A stretch of 64,000 nt of DNA, taken from the NCBI GenBank assembly GCA_937860055.1, contig CALMBO010000002.1, positions 4,594 to 68,593 on the forward strand. Reading direction: 5' to 3'. The position numbers and the translations under genes are program-made. The DNA comes from an uncultured Verrucomicrobiota bacterium (lineage in GTDB: Bacteria > Verrucomicrobiota > Kiritimatiellia > CAIQIC01 > Lenti-01). The first letter of the stretch is position 1, and each line of letters begins with the position of its first letter. Shown here piece after piece: positions 38,928 through 47,531 of the stretch. The notes under the pieces are model-generated. The model had not been told where the DNA came from, made no database searches, and saw nothing but the letters and a program-made list of their open reading frames with translations.

Positions 38928-40265
38928 TTATCTGAAGCCGAACCAGCTCGCGACCTTGGCACCCACCCCCGCCATGTTCAGGCACACCGGGACCAGCAGC
39001 ACGGCCAGCAGGGGAATGCGCCGCGTGTGCCAGAAGTTCGGGACCATGCCCAGCGCCGTCGCCACGCCCATCAGCACCACCCCGCGCCAGCTCGTGACAT
39101 ACCAGACCATCGCAATCAACAAGATCATCCCACCGAGGGAAATCCAGCGGAAATCGATCTTCTGGGTGACGTTCGCGCAGAACTTGCAGTAGCGCCCCAG
39201 CAGAAGCAGCGAGGCCGCCCCGGCCACCGCGATGATGCCCGAAATCAGGAAGTACTGCTCGGCGGTCTCGGGCACGAAGAACAGGCTGATGTTGATGGCC
39301 GCGCCGCCGCGCCGCATGTAGACGTCGGGCATGAAGAACAGCACCAGCGCGCCGATGTAGTACAGCACCCGCGCCGTGCCGCCGCCGATGATGAACTGCT
39401 TCTCGCCGGACGAGGCCGTGGCGTGCGCGCTCATCAGCAGCGCCGGGCCGGGCGTCAGGCCCGGCGTCAGGCTGGAAAACATTCCGCCCACCGTCCCCGT
39501 CAGCGCCCCGCGGGCCAGGTCCTGCGGCGCCGCGTCCACGCTCCCGGCGAAATACTGCTTGGGGATCCGCGCGTGGGCGATCACCGTCATGAGCTGGCTC
39601 GGAATCGCGAAGAGGCCGATGAACACCGGCATCAGCGACTGGAACGCGTTGTCCACCGGGATGATGGTGTTGCAGAAGACGAACAGGCCCAGGATGCCCG
39701 AAACCACGAAGACGAACAGCCCCATGCCGAGCTGCACCCACGCATCGGCCAGCCGCTGGCCGGTGGTCTTCCCGACGCCATGGTCCTTGGGCCACTCGCT
39801 CATCAGGATGAACAGGCTCACCAGCCCCAGTATCCAGTAGATGTGCGGGCGGATCAGCTGCCGCAGCGTGCCGATGGCGCCCGTGACGAACGGGAACAGG
39901 CCGGAGATCATCAGCAGCGCGAACATCGAGCCGATGCCGCTGAGCATGGCCGCCTCGTAGCCGCGGCCCTCGAACAGGAACCGCTCGTGCGGCAGCATCA
40001 TGGAGCGGTAGCTGTCGTCGCACGGCTGGAAGAACTGGCTGGACACCGTGAACAGCACGGAGAATCCCACCACCAGGCCCATGATGAAGCACGTCGTGAT
40101 CAGCGGATCCATCGTCTTGAAGAGGTCGAGCGCCGCGAAGGCGATCATCATCGTGAACGCAATGACGTTGTAGATGTGGAGCCCCGGAATCAGGGAGAAG
40201 ACCGAGGCGATGGCGACGCCGGCAAGCGCCGCGAGGCAGCAAATGAGGATGATGAATATGTCCAT
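38928..40265 (-). CDS. TctA/DUF112-like polytopic permease
   Basis: 445 aa with at least 10 hydrophobic helices. Repeated SLIPGLH and SLTPGLTPGP blocks resemble the duplicated PG motifs of the TctA family. Family assignment is by eye only. Confidence 0.55.
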   Translation of the reverse strand: MDIFIILICCLAALAGVAIASVFSLIPGLHIYNVIAFTMMIAFAALDLFKTMDPLITTCFIMGLVVGFSVLFTVSSQFFQPCDDSYRSMMLPHERFLFEGRGYEAAMLSGIGSMFALLMISGLFPFVTGAIGTLRQLIRPHIYWILGLVSLFILMSEWPKDHGVGKTTGQRLADAWVQLGMGLFVFVVSGILGLFVFCNTIIPVDNAFQSLMPVFIGLFAIPSQLMTVIAHARIPKQYFAGSVDAAPQDLARGALTGTVGGMFSSLTPGLTPGPALLMSAHATASSGEKQFIIGGGTARVLYYIGALVLFFMPDVYMRRGGAAINISLFFVPETAEQYFLISGIIAVAGAASLLLLGRYCKFCANVTQKIDFRWISLGGMILLIAMVWYVTSWRGVVLMGVATALGMVPNFWHTRRIPLLAVLLVPVCLNMAGVGAKVASWFGFR

Positions 40266-40269
40266 GGCT

Positions 40270-41157
40270 TTATTCGCTTGTCCCGTCCGTCAGGACGATC
40301 ACGGCTCCCTTGTCCCAATCCCGCACCTGGATCTCCCAGTAGCCCTTCTTCTCATAGTAGATGAACTTCCCGCGCACGGAGATCTGGTCTCCCACGGCGG
40401 GCAGCTCGCCCTTGTAGCCGATCACCACCAGCTGCGGCTCCGGCTTTCCCTCGTCGCTCACGCGGAAGAACGGCAGGGCCTCGGGAACCTCCACCACTTC
40501 CAGCGGACGCGCGATGACCACCTGGTCCCGGAACTTCTCCGGATCGGCCAGCAGCTCCGCCACCGTCGCCTTGGGCGCGGGAGCGGCCGGCGCATACCGG
40601 GAGCCGGAGGCGGCGGAGGGATCGATCGGCGCCCCGCTCCCCTTCTCCAGGATCCGGATGAACTGCATGCTGCTGAGGCTCAGATGGCGATAGTTGTCCC
40701 CCGCGTACAGCGAGGCCGCCACATCGATCAAGTCGCCCCGGTTCAGGAAGCCCGGATTGGACAGGAAGTCGTTCGCGGGCTCGCCCTCCAGCCGGACCGA
40801 GATCCGGTTGTCGGAATACCGCCCGCCCCCGCCTTCGCCTTCCAGCTCGATGCGCACCTGGTGGTGGTCGTAGGCCTCCCGGACGATCTGCACGTCCGCA
40901 ACCCGGCCCTTGACCCGGACGCGCTCGAAGTTCCGGTCCGGCGTCAGCGAGGGAATCGCCGCATAGTCCGGCGCATAGCTCATCGCCAGGTAGAAATGCG
41001 CCGCCGCGATGGCCAGCAGCAGGACGATGCCCAGGGAAACGATCTTCAGGGAGATCCTCTCCACCGTCGACGCGCCGCAGAAATGGCAGACCGTGGAGTC
41101 GGGCGGATTCTCCTTGCCGCAACTGGGGCAGCAACGGGGGATTTCAGGGGTTGCCAT
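40270..41157 (-). CDS. zinc-ribbon / single-TM / tandem OB-like domain protein (second of two)
   Basis: MATPEIPRCCPSCGKENPPDSTVCHFCG (CxxC-x10-CxxC), a TM helix IVSLGIVLLLAIAAAHFYLAM, then VRVKGRVADVQIV..VRLEG and ISVRGKF beta-rich segments. ATG at 41157 overlaps the upstream gene by 14 nt. Confidence 0.6.
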   Translation of the reverse strand: MATPEIPRCCPSCGKENPPDSTVCHFCGASTVERISLKIVSLGIVLLLAIAAAHFYLAMSYAPDYAAIPSLTPDRNFERVRVKGRVADVQIVREAYDHHQVRIELEGEGGGGRYSDNRISVRLEGEPANDFLSNPGFLNRGDLIDVAASLYAGDNYRHLSLSSMQFIRILEKGSGAPIDPSAASGSRYAPAAPAPKATVAELLADPEKFRDQVVIARPLEVVEVPEALPFFRVSDEGKPEPQLVVIGYKGELPAVGDQISVRGKFIYYEKKGYWEIQVRDWDKGAVIVLTDGTSE

Positions 41158-42037
41158 TGTCGTTCCTCCATGCCGTTTCGTCGGCGGCCACCAGATCATC
41201 CGGCGCGGCCGGCGCCACTTGCCAATAGCTTTGGCTCGAACGGCTCCGGCTCCGGGCCAGGCTGCCGTAGCACGTGATGTAGTCGCCGGCCTTCAGGCCT
41301 TCGACGAACTTCACGGACGGATGGTCCGGCCCGTGCGCCGCCAGCATGCCGGCCGAGATCGAAATGGCCGTCCCCGCCCCCGCCGGATCCAGCACCCACA
41401 GGCGGCGGTCATAAGCGCCCGACTTCATGTCCTCGATGCGGCCGGTGATCTTCAGCCGCTGGGCCGCCTTCAAGCCCTTTTCCTCCGGATTCCGCAGCCA
41501 GCCGATCGGCGTGGCGGCTTCCGGCTTCTCCCGCCGGATCTGGAGGTCGTCCGCCGAACCCAGGATGATGAAATGCCGCCGGGCCTTGTACTGGTAGCTG
41601 CCGTCCACGACAACCTCGTCGCCGAAGCCGGGGATCTTGCCCGCCTTCTGCACTTCGTCGCTGACGTCGTCGTAGGCCCGGATCCGGATCGTGTCCGTCC
41701 CGTCGTCCACCTCGAATTCCAGGCTGCCGCCACTGGCCTCCTGGTCCGAGGAGTGGAAACGGATCTCGTCGCTGACGCGGCCGGTCAACCGGACCTGCGC
41801 ATAGTTGGACTTGCGGGTGAGGTCCTGGATCTGGACCGGCTGCACGCCGTATTTCTTGCCCATGGAACTGAGCAGGAACAAGCCCAGCACCGCCAGGATC
41901 GGCATGCTGTACTTGAAGATCCGGACCTGCCACCTCTTGGGATTCCAGTGCCGGCAGAAAGGGCACCGCTCCCAGGAGCCGATGAACCGGCCGCAGGCGG
42001 AACATTCTGTTTCTCGGCGGTTCTGGCTGTAAACCAC
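41144..42037 (-). CDS. zinc-ribbon / single-TM / tandem OB-like domain protein (first of two)
   Basis: (V)VYSQNRRETECSACGRFIGSWERCPFCRH (CxxC-x9-CxxC), a TM helix MPILAVLGLFLLSS, then VRLTGRVSDEI..LEFEVDDGTDTIRIRAY..GDEVVVDGSY and LKITGRIEDM. GTG start. Confidence 0.6.
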   Translation of the reverse strand: MVYSQNRRETECSACGRFIGSWERCPFCRHWNPKRWQVRIFKYSMPILAVLGLFLLSSMGKKYGVQPVQIQDLTRKSNYAQVRLTGRVSDEIRFHSSDQEASGGSLEFEVDDGTDTIRIRAYDDVSDEVQKAGKIPGFGDEVVVDGSYQYKARRHFIILGSADDLQIRREKPEAATPIGWLRNPEEKGLKAAQRLKITGRIEDMKSGAYDRRLWVLDPAGAGTAISISAGMLAAHGPDHPSVKFVEGLKAGDYITCYGSLARSRSRSSQSYWQVAPAAPDDLVAADETAWRNDNGNP

Positions 42038-42297
42038 CTTTTCGACTTCAGGGTTCAGTTGAATGGCGTCACCTCTGGGAATGTTATGGTTTCGTAAAAC
42101 GTCCGCCGCCGGACAATGCCCTCAACGCCGGGCCTGTCCGGACACCGCAACACATCGGGCAAACGGTAATGAACTCTTATATTTGAAAACAAGCGCAATC
42201 GACAGGATCCGGAAAACCGCTTTACCCCGGAACCCGCCACCCCCGCCGGCCGGTTTTTGTGGTGGAGAAATTCCGCCGCGATTGATACATTGCCGAC

Positions 42298-43020
42298 ATG
42301 AACCAAGCCGACGTGGTCAGGCGATACCTCCATGAGCCCCGCGATGTGGACTTCCGCGACACCGGATTCCCCCTGGTCACGATCTCCCGCGAGACGGGAA
42401 CGGGGGCCCATGCCCTGGGCCGCCATCTCATCATGCGGCTGGCGGAATATGCCGATCCCGACCTGCGCTCCGGCTGGGACCTCTTCGACCAGAAGCTGTG
42501 CGCCTTGATCGCCCAGAACAAAAGCCTCGACGCGGACTACGACACCCTGGTGAATGAAAAATACCGCGCGGGGGGAAGCCTCCACCGCATGCTCTACGAG
42601 ATGTTGATCGGCACGCCGCAGGAATACCGCATCCAGAAGAAGATCGAAGAAGTCGTCCGCCTCCTGGCCCGCCTGGGCAAGGTGGTGATCATCGGGCGCG
42701 GCGGATTCCAGCTCGCCCGCCACATGCCCGGCGCCATCCATCTCCGCCTGGTGGCTCCCATGGAATACCGCGTGAAAGCCGTGATGGAACACGACGGCCT
42801 TCCCGAAGAAGAAGCCGCCCGCAAGATCCGGAAGACCGACGAGGAACGCACCCGCTTCCTGAAAAGCCACCACAACTGCGATATCCGCGACCCCGCGAAT
42901 TTCGACATCGTGTGGAACATGGACCGCTTCCGGGTTCCCGAGATCGTCCACGCCACCGCCGAACTGGTCCGCCTGCGCCTGCAGCATCTGCGGGAAACCA
43001 AGGCGATCCACGCCTCTTAG
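42298..43020 (+). CDS. cytidylate kinase-like family protein (Cytidylate_kin2)
   Basis: PLVTISRETGTGAHALGRHL and VIIGRGG.. with a C-terminal helical region. Confidence 0.7.
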   Translation: MNQADVVRRYLHEPRDVDFRDTGFPLVTISRETGTGAHALGRHLIMRLAEYADPDLRSGWDLFDQKLCALIAQNKSLDADYDTLVNEKYRAGGSLHRMLYEMLIGTPQEYRIQKKIEEVVRLLARLGKVVIIGRGGFQLARHMPGAIHLRLVAPMEYRVKAVMEHDGLPEEEAARKIRKTDEERTRFLKSHHNCDIRDPANFDIVWNMDRFRVPEIVHATAELVRLRLQHLRETKAIHAS

Positions 43021-43133
43021 TCCGCCGCCTGGCACCTCGCCCGGTATTTTTCCCCGGCGGAACAGATTTGGGCTTGAATTGCCAACCAAACGGAAGAGAA
43101 TGGCGCGAGTTTATTGTGGGTTGGAGCCAAGAC

Positions 43134-43580
43134 ATGAATCTGAAAAAACCGTTGACCGTGGAAACCATCCGCCTGGACCTGAAGGGCGAGACCAAGGACG
43201 CCATCCTCGCCGAGATGGTGGACCTGCTGGTGGCTTCCGGCCATATCCGGGACCGGGACGCCGTCCTGAAGGCCATCATGGAACGCGAAAAACGGATGAG
43301 CACCGGCATGCAGAACGGCATCGCCATCCCCCACGGCAAGACCGACAGCGTGGATTGCCTCGTCGCCGCCCTCGGCATCAAGCGCGGCGGCGTGGATTTC
43401 GGCGCCCTCGACGGCCAGCCCTCCAACATCTTCGTCATGACCGTCTCGCCCGACAGCCGCACCGGCCCGCATATCCAGTTCCTGGCCGAAATCAGCCGCC
43501 CCCTCAACGACGCGGCCGTGCGGACCAAGCTCCTCGCGGCCACCAGCCCGGACGAAGTCCTCCACTTGCTGATCGGCTGA
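43134..43580 (+). CDS. ptsN: PTS EIIA(Ntr)-type protein (PtsN-like)
   Basis: EREKRMSTGMQNGIAIPHGK contains the phospho-His block of PTS_EIIA_2. 148 aa. Confidence 0.8.
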   Translation: MNLKKPLTVETIRLDLKGETKDAILAEMVDLLVASGHIRDRDAVLKAIMEREKRMSTGMQNGIAIPHGKTDSVDCLVAALGIKRGGVDFGALDGQPSNIFVMTVSPDSRTGPHIQFLAEISRPLNDAAVRTKLLAATSPDEVLHLLIG

Positions 43581-43599
43581 ACCGGACGGGAAATCCGGC

Positions 43600-45216
43600 G
43601 TGTTCTCCTCTGAACTCCAGTTCATCTTTCAACTGGGGATCCTGATTGTCTTCACCCGCATGGGCGGCCATTGGCTGCGGCGCTGGCTGCACCTGCCGGG
43701 CGTCCTGGGCGAACTGATCGTCGGCATGATCATCGGCCCCTATGCGCTGGGCCAGTTCCATTGGCCGCTCATCGGCAAGCTGTTCCCTCTCGGCGCCTCC
43801 GGCTCCCCCGTTTCCCCCGAGCTGTACGCCTTCTCCACCTTCGCCTCCATCCTCCTCCTCTTCCTCTCGGGCCTGGAAACGGATTTGTCCACCTTCCTGC
43901 GCTATTCCCTCGCCGGCACCGTCGTCGGCATCGGGGGTGTCGTCTTCTCCTTCTTCCTCGGCGCCGGCTGCGCCGTCTGGTCCGGCCTCGCCCCCGGCTG
44001 GCTGGATCCCCGCGCCCTCTTCCTCGGCGCCATTGCCACCGCCACCTCCGTCGGCATCACCGCGCGCATCCTCAGCGAACGCCGCAAGATGGATTCGCCC
44101 GAGGGCGTCACCATCCTGGCCGCCGCCGTCTTCGACGATGTCCTCGGCATCATCGTCCTCGCCATCGTCGTCGGCACCGTCCGCGTGGAGTCCGACCTGG
44201 GCGTCTCGTGGTCGCACATTCTTTGGATCGCCTTCAAGGCCTTCGGATTCTGGATCGGCGCCACCACCCTGGGCCTGCTGCTGGCGCGCCGGTTCTCCCG
44301 CATGCTCAAGCATTTCAAGAGCGCGCCGGCCATCGCCGCCCTCGCCCTCGGCTTCGCCCTCCTCCTCGCCGGCCTCTCCGAAATGGCCGGGCTGGCCATG
44401 ATCATCGGCGCCTACATCATGGGCCTCTCCCTCTCCCGCACAGATCTCGTCCAGGTCATCCAGCGGGAAATCGAAGGCCTGCACAACGTCCTGGTCCCCG
44501 TCTTCTTCGCCACCATGGGCATGATGGTCAACTTCGGGGTCATGCTGCCGCAGTTCAAGATCGGCCTCGTCTATGCCCTGCTGGCCATCGTCAGCAAGGT
44601 CGGGGGATGCGGCCTGCCCGCCCTCTTCTGCGGTTTCAACCGCCATGGAGCCGTCCGCATCGGCGTCGGCATGCTGCCCCGCGGCGAGGTCGCCCTCATC
44701 GTCGCCGGCATCGGCCTCACCTCCGGCGCCATCGGCCAGGACGTGTTCGGCATCGCCATCCTGATGACCGTCGCCACCACCCTCCTCGGCCCCATCCTGC
44801 TTTCCGGCAGCTTCGAGAACCCCGCCCCCGGCCTGCGCCATCCCGAAGACATCGCCCAAAGCCAGACCAAGACCCTCTTCCTGACGTTCCCCTCCCCCGA
44901 CATGGCCGACTTCATGGCCTCCCGCATCGTCCGCGCCTTCCGGCAGGAGGAGTTCTACGTCTACCGCCTCACCCCCGAAGAACGCACCTACCACATCCGC
45001 AAGGACGACATCTTCTTCATCCTGGAATACGATGGGCGGGATATCCGCCTCACCGCCCCCGCCCGCTACGAAACCCTCGCCCGCCTGATGGTCGCCGAAG
45101 AAATGCTCACCCTGCGCAGCATGCTCCATGTCGCGCAGGCAAACAGCGAACTCAACACCATGGAGCACAGTCTGATCGCCGAACTGTTCGGCGGCCCCCA
45201 GGATTTCAAGCCATGA
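43600..45216 (+). CDS. CPA2-family cation:proton antiporter with about 150-aa C-terminal soluble domain
   Basis: Na+/H+-exchanger-type TM core (LGELIVGMIIGPYALG, LLFLSGLETD, MLPRGEVALIVA). GTG start. Confidence 0.8.
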   Translation: MFSSELQFIFQLGILIVFTRMGGHWLRRWLHLPGVLGELIVGMIIGPYALGQFHWPLIGKLFPLGASGSPVSPELYAFSTFASILLLFLSGLETDLSTFLRYSLAGTVVGIGGVVFSFFLGAGCAVWSGLAPGWLDPRALFLGAIATATSVGITARILSERRKMDSPEGVTILAAAVFDDVLGIIVLAIVVGTVRVESDLGVSWSHILWIAFKAFGFWIGATTLGLLLARRFSRMLKHFKSAPAIAALALGFALLLAGLSEMAGLAMIIGAYIMGLSLSRTDLVQVIQREIEGLHNVLVPVFFATMGMMVNFGVMLPQFKIGLVYALLAIVSKVGGCGLPALFCGFNRHGAVRIGVGMLPRGEVALIVAGIGLTSGAIGQDVFGIAILMTVATTLLGPILLSGSFENPAPGLRHPEDIAQSQTKTLFLTFPSPDMADFMASRIVRAFRQEEFYVYRLTPEERTYHIRKDDIFFILEYDGRDIRLTAPARYETLARLMVAEEMLTLRSMLHVAQANSELNTMEHSLIAELFGGPQDFKP

Positions 45217-45641
45217 CGCACCATCCGTTCCGCGCCGTTTCCCTCCTCGCCTCTTGCGCCGCGTTCCTGCTCTGCGCCGCTCCCCGCCCTGCCGGCGGCG
45301 AGGAGGGGCAGCCGGCCGCCCCCGCCCCTCTGAACAAGGGCGACGCGCTCCTCGTCCGCATCGAAGGCATCGGCGGCAACCTCCCCGAATACCGCGAAAT
45401 CGTGGATAGCGACGGGAACATCGAGCTGCCCTTCATCGGCTTCCATTCCGCCGAGAGCAAGCTCCCCGCGGTCGTCGAGGCCGAAATGGCCGCCGCCTAT
45501 TCCAACGCCAACCTGTCGGCCACCTCCTCCGTCCACATCGCCTTCGTCACGCATTTCGACCCGCCGCCCAGCCGGACCAATCTGGTCCGTTCGCAGGATC
45601 CCCGACGCCCCGTCCCGGCGCCTGCTCCCGCCGCCCCTTAG
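45213..45641 (+). CDS. small secreted protein with Poly_export (Wza N-terminal)-like domain
   Basis: A signal peptide, then LNKGDALLVRIEGIGGNLPEYREIVDSDGNIELPFIGFHSAESKLPAVVEAEMAAAY. ATGA overlap with the antiporter stop. Confidence 0.5.
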   Translation: MTHHPFRAVSLLASCAAFLLCAAPRPAGGEEGQPAAPAPLNKGDALLVRIEGIGGNLPEYREIVDSDGNIELPFIGFHSAESKLPAVVEAEMAAAYSNANLSATSSVHIAFVTHFDPPPSRTNLVRSQDPRRPVPAPAPAAP

Positions 45642-45706
45642 CCTCTCCACTCCCCTGCAAAAAAGTCGTGCCTCCCACCCCGTTCTTCCGGTAGGATTCC
45701 ATTTTC

Positions 45707-46603
45707 ATGACTCCGTCGACCATCCGGGAACTGCTTGCGGCGCGGCGCCAGCCGACGCTCTCCCTTGAATTTTACCCCCCCAAGGATCCCCTCGGCTTCG
45801 GCATCCTCGGCGGTTCCATCGAACGGATGCGCCCCGTCCACCCCGATTTCGTCACCTGCACCTATGGCGCCGGCGGATCCTCCCGCGAGTTCAGCTTCGC
45901 CGCCTGGGATCTCCTCGGCCGCATGGGCTTCACCCCCGTCGTCGCGCACCTCACCTGCGTCGGCGCCTCCCGCGCCGACCTCGCCGCGCAGATCGACCGC
46001 ATCCATGCCTCCGGCATCCGCAACATCATGGCCCTGCGCGGCGACCCCCCCCGCGGCGAAACAACGTTCAAGCCCGCCCCCGACGGCCTCGCCCACGCCT
46101 CCGACCTCGTCGCCCTCATCAAGTCCCGGCATCCCGACATCTGCTGCGGCGTCGCCGGCTATCCCGAAACCCACCCCGAAGCCCCCTCCCCCGCCGACGA
46201 CCTCCGCCATCTCAGGGAAAAGGTCGATGCCGGCGCCGATTTCATCAACACCCAGCTCTTCTTCGACAACGCCGCCTACTTCCGCTTCCTCGATGCCGCC
46301 CGCGCCGCCGGCATCCGCGCCCCCATCCTCCCCGGCCTCATGCCCGTCGCCTCCGCCGCGCAGCTCGACCGCTCCCTCGCCTTCAGCCGCGCCACCGCGC
46401 CGCAGAAACTCCGCGAGGCGCTCCAAACCCCCGATCCCGAAGCCGCCCGCGCCGCCGGCATCGAATGGCTCGTCGCCCAGATCGACGGCCTCATCGCCCA
46501 CGGAGCCCCCGGCATCCACCTCTACATCCTGAACCAGGCCAGAACCATTCTGGATCCGCGCCTCGCCGAATGCCTCGCGCGCTGGCGCAAAGCGTCATCT
46601 TGA
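45707..46603 (+). CDS. metF: methylenetetrahydrofolate reductase
   Basis: SLEFYPPK, TCTYGAGGS, HLTCVG, NIMALRGDPP, DFINTQLFFD. Confidence 0.92.
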   Translation: MTPSTIRELLAARRQPTLSLEFYPPKDPLGFGILGGSIERMRPVHPDFVTCTYGAGGSSREFSFAAWDLLGRMGFTPVVAHLTCVGASRADLAAQIDRIHASGIRNIMALRGDPPRGETTFKPAPDGLAHASDLVALIKSRHPDICCGVAGYPETHPEAPSPADDLRHLREKVDAGADFINTQLFFDNAAYFRFLDAARAAGIRAPILPGLMPVASAAQLDRSLAFSRATAPQKLREALQTPDPEAARAAGIEWLVAQIDGLIAHGAPGIHLYILNQARTILDPRLAECLARWRKASS

Positions 46604-46650
46604 AACCCGCAACCTTCAACCCGTAACCTGCAACCACGAAGGATTCCCGC

Positions 46651-47529
46651 ATGAAAATTCTCGTCACCGGCGGATGGGGCCAGCTCGGCTGGGATTGCCG
46701 CGAAGTGTTCAGCCCCAGGCACGAAGTCCTCTCCCTCGACCTCCCCAACCTCGACATCACCGAAGCCGCCAGCGTCGACGGCATCCTCAACCTCTGGAAG
46801 CCCGACGCCATCGTCAACTGCGCCGCCTACACCGCCGTCGACCGCGCCGAAAGCGATGTCGCCAAGGCCTGGCGCGTCAACCGCGAAGGCCCGGCCCTCC
46901 TCGCCTCCCGCGCCAAGGCCTACGGCATCTTCCTCGTCCACGTCTCCACCGACTACGTCTTCGACGGCCTCCGCCCCGTCCCGCAGCCCTACCTCGAGAC
47001 CGACCAGCCCAATCCCTCCAGCGTCTACGGCAAGAGCAAGCTCGCCGGCGAACGCGAAATCCAGGAGAAGGATCCGCGCCACGCCATCCTCCGCACCGCC
47101 TGGCTCTACGGCGCCCACGGCTACAACTTCCTCAAGACCATCCTCCGCCGCGCCGTCAACGACCCCCGCAAGGGCCTCCGCGTCGTCTCCGACCAGTTCG
47201 GCACCCCCACCTGGTCCCGCCGCCTCGCCCACCAGGTCCTCGCCGTCCTCGAGGCCGACGCCGCCGGCCTGTTCCACGCCTCCGGCGAGGGCTACTGCTC
47301 CTGGTACGACTTCGCCAAGGAGTTCATCTCCCTCATGAAGCTCGACTGCGAAGTGCGCCCCTGCACCACCGCCGACTACCCCACCCCCACCGTCCGCCCC
47401 GCCAATTCCATCCTCGAGAACGCCGCCCTCAAGAAGGCCCGTCTCAACGTCATGAAGGACTGGCGCGAAGACCTCGGCGAATACGTCCAGCGCTACCGCG
47501 AAGCCCTCCTCAACGAAGTCCGGGCCTGA
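46651..47529 (+). CDS. rfbD: dTDP-4-dehydrorhamnose reductase
   Basis: MKILVTGGWGQLG, NCAAYTAVDRAE, STDYVFDG, YGKSKLAGE. Confidence 0.9.
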   Translation: MKILVTGGWGQLGWDCREVFSPRHEVLSLDLPNLDITEAASVDGILNLWKPDAIVNCAAYTAVDRAESDVAKAWRVNREGPALLASRAKAYGIFLVHVSTDYVFDGLRPVPQPYLETDQPNPSSVYGKSKLAGEREIQEKDPRHAILRTAWLYGAHGYNFLKTILRRAVNDPRKGLRVVSDQFGTPTWSRRLAHQVLAVLEADAAGLFHASGEGYCSWYDFAKEFISLMKLDCEVRPCTTADYPTPTVRPANSILENAALKKARLNVMKDWREDLGEYVQRYREALLNEVRA

Positions 47530-47531
47530 CC

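Noticed and set aside
42055-43089. 344-aa minus-strand ORF overlapping the cytidylate-kinase-like gene and its upstream spacer
   Set aside because: It has no motifs and a Gly/Ala/Val/Asp-rich composition. It lies antisense to a gene with a clear P-loop family signature.
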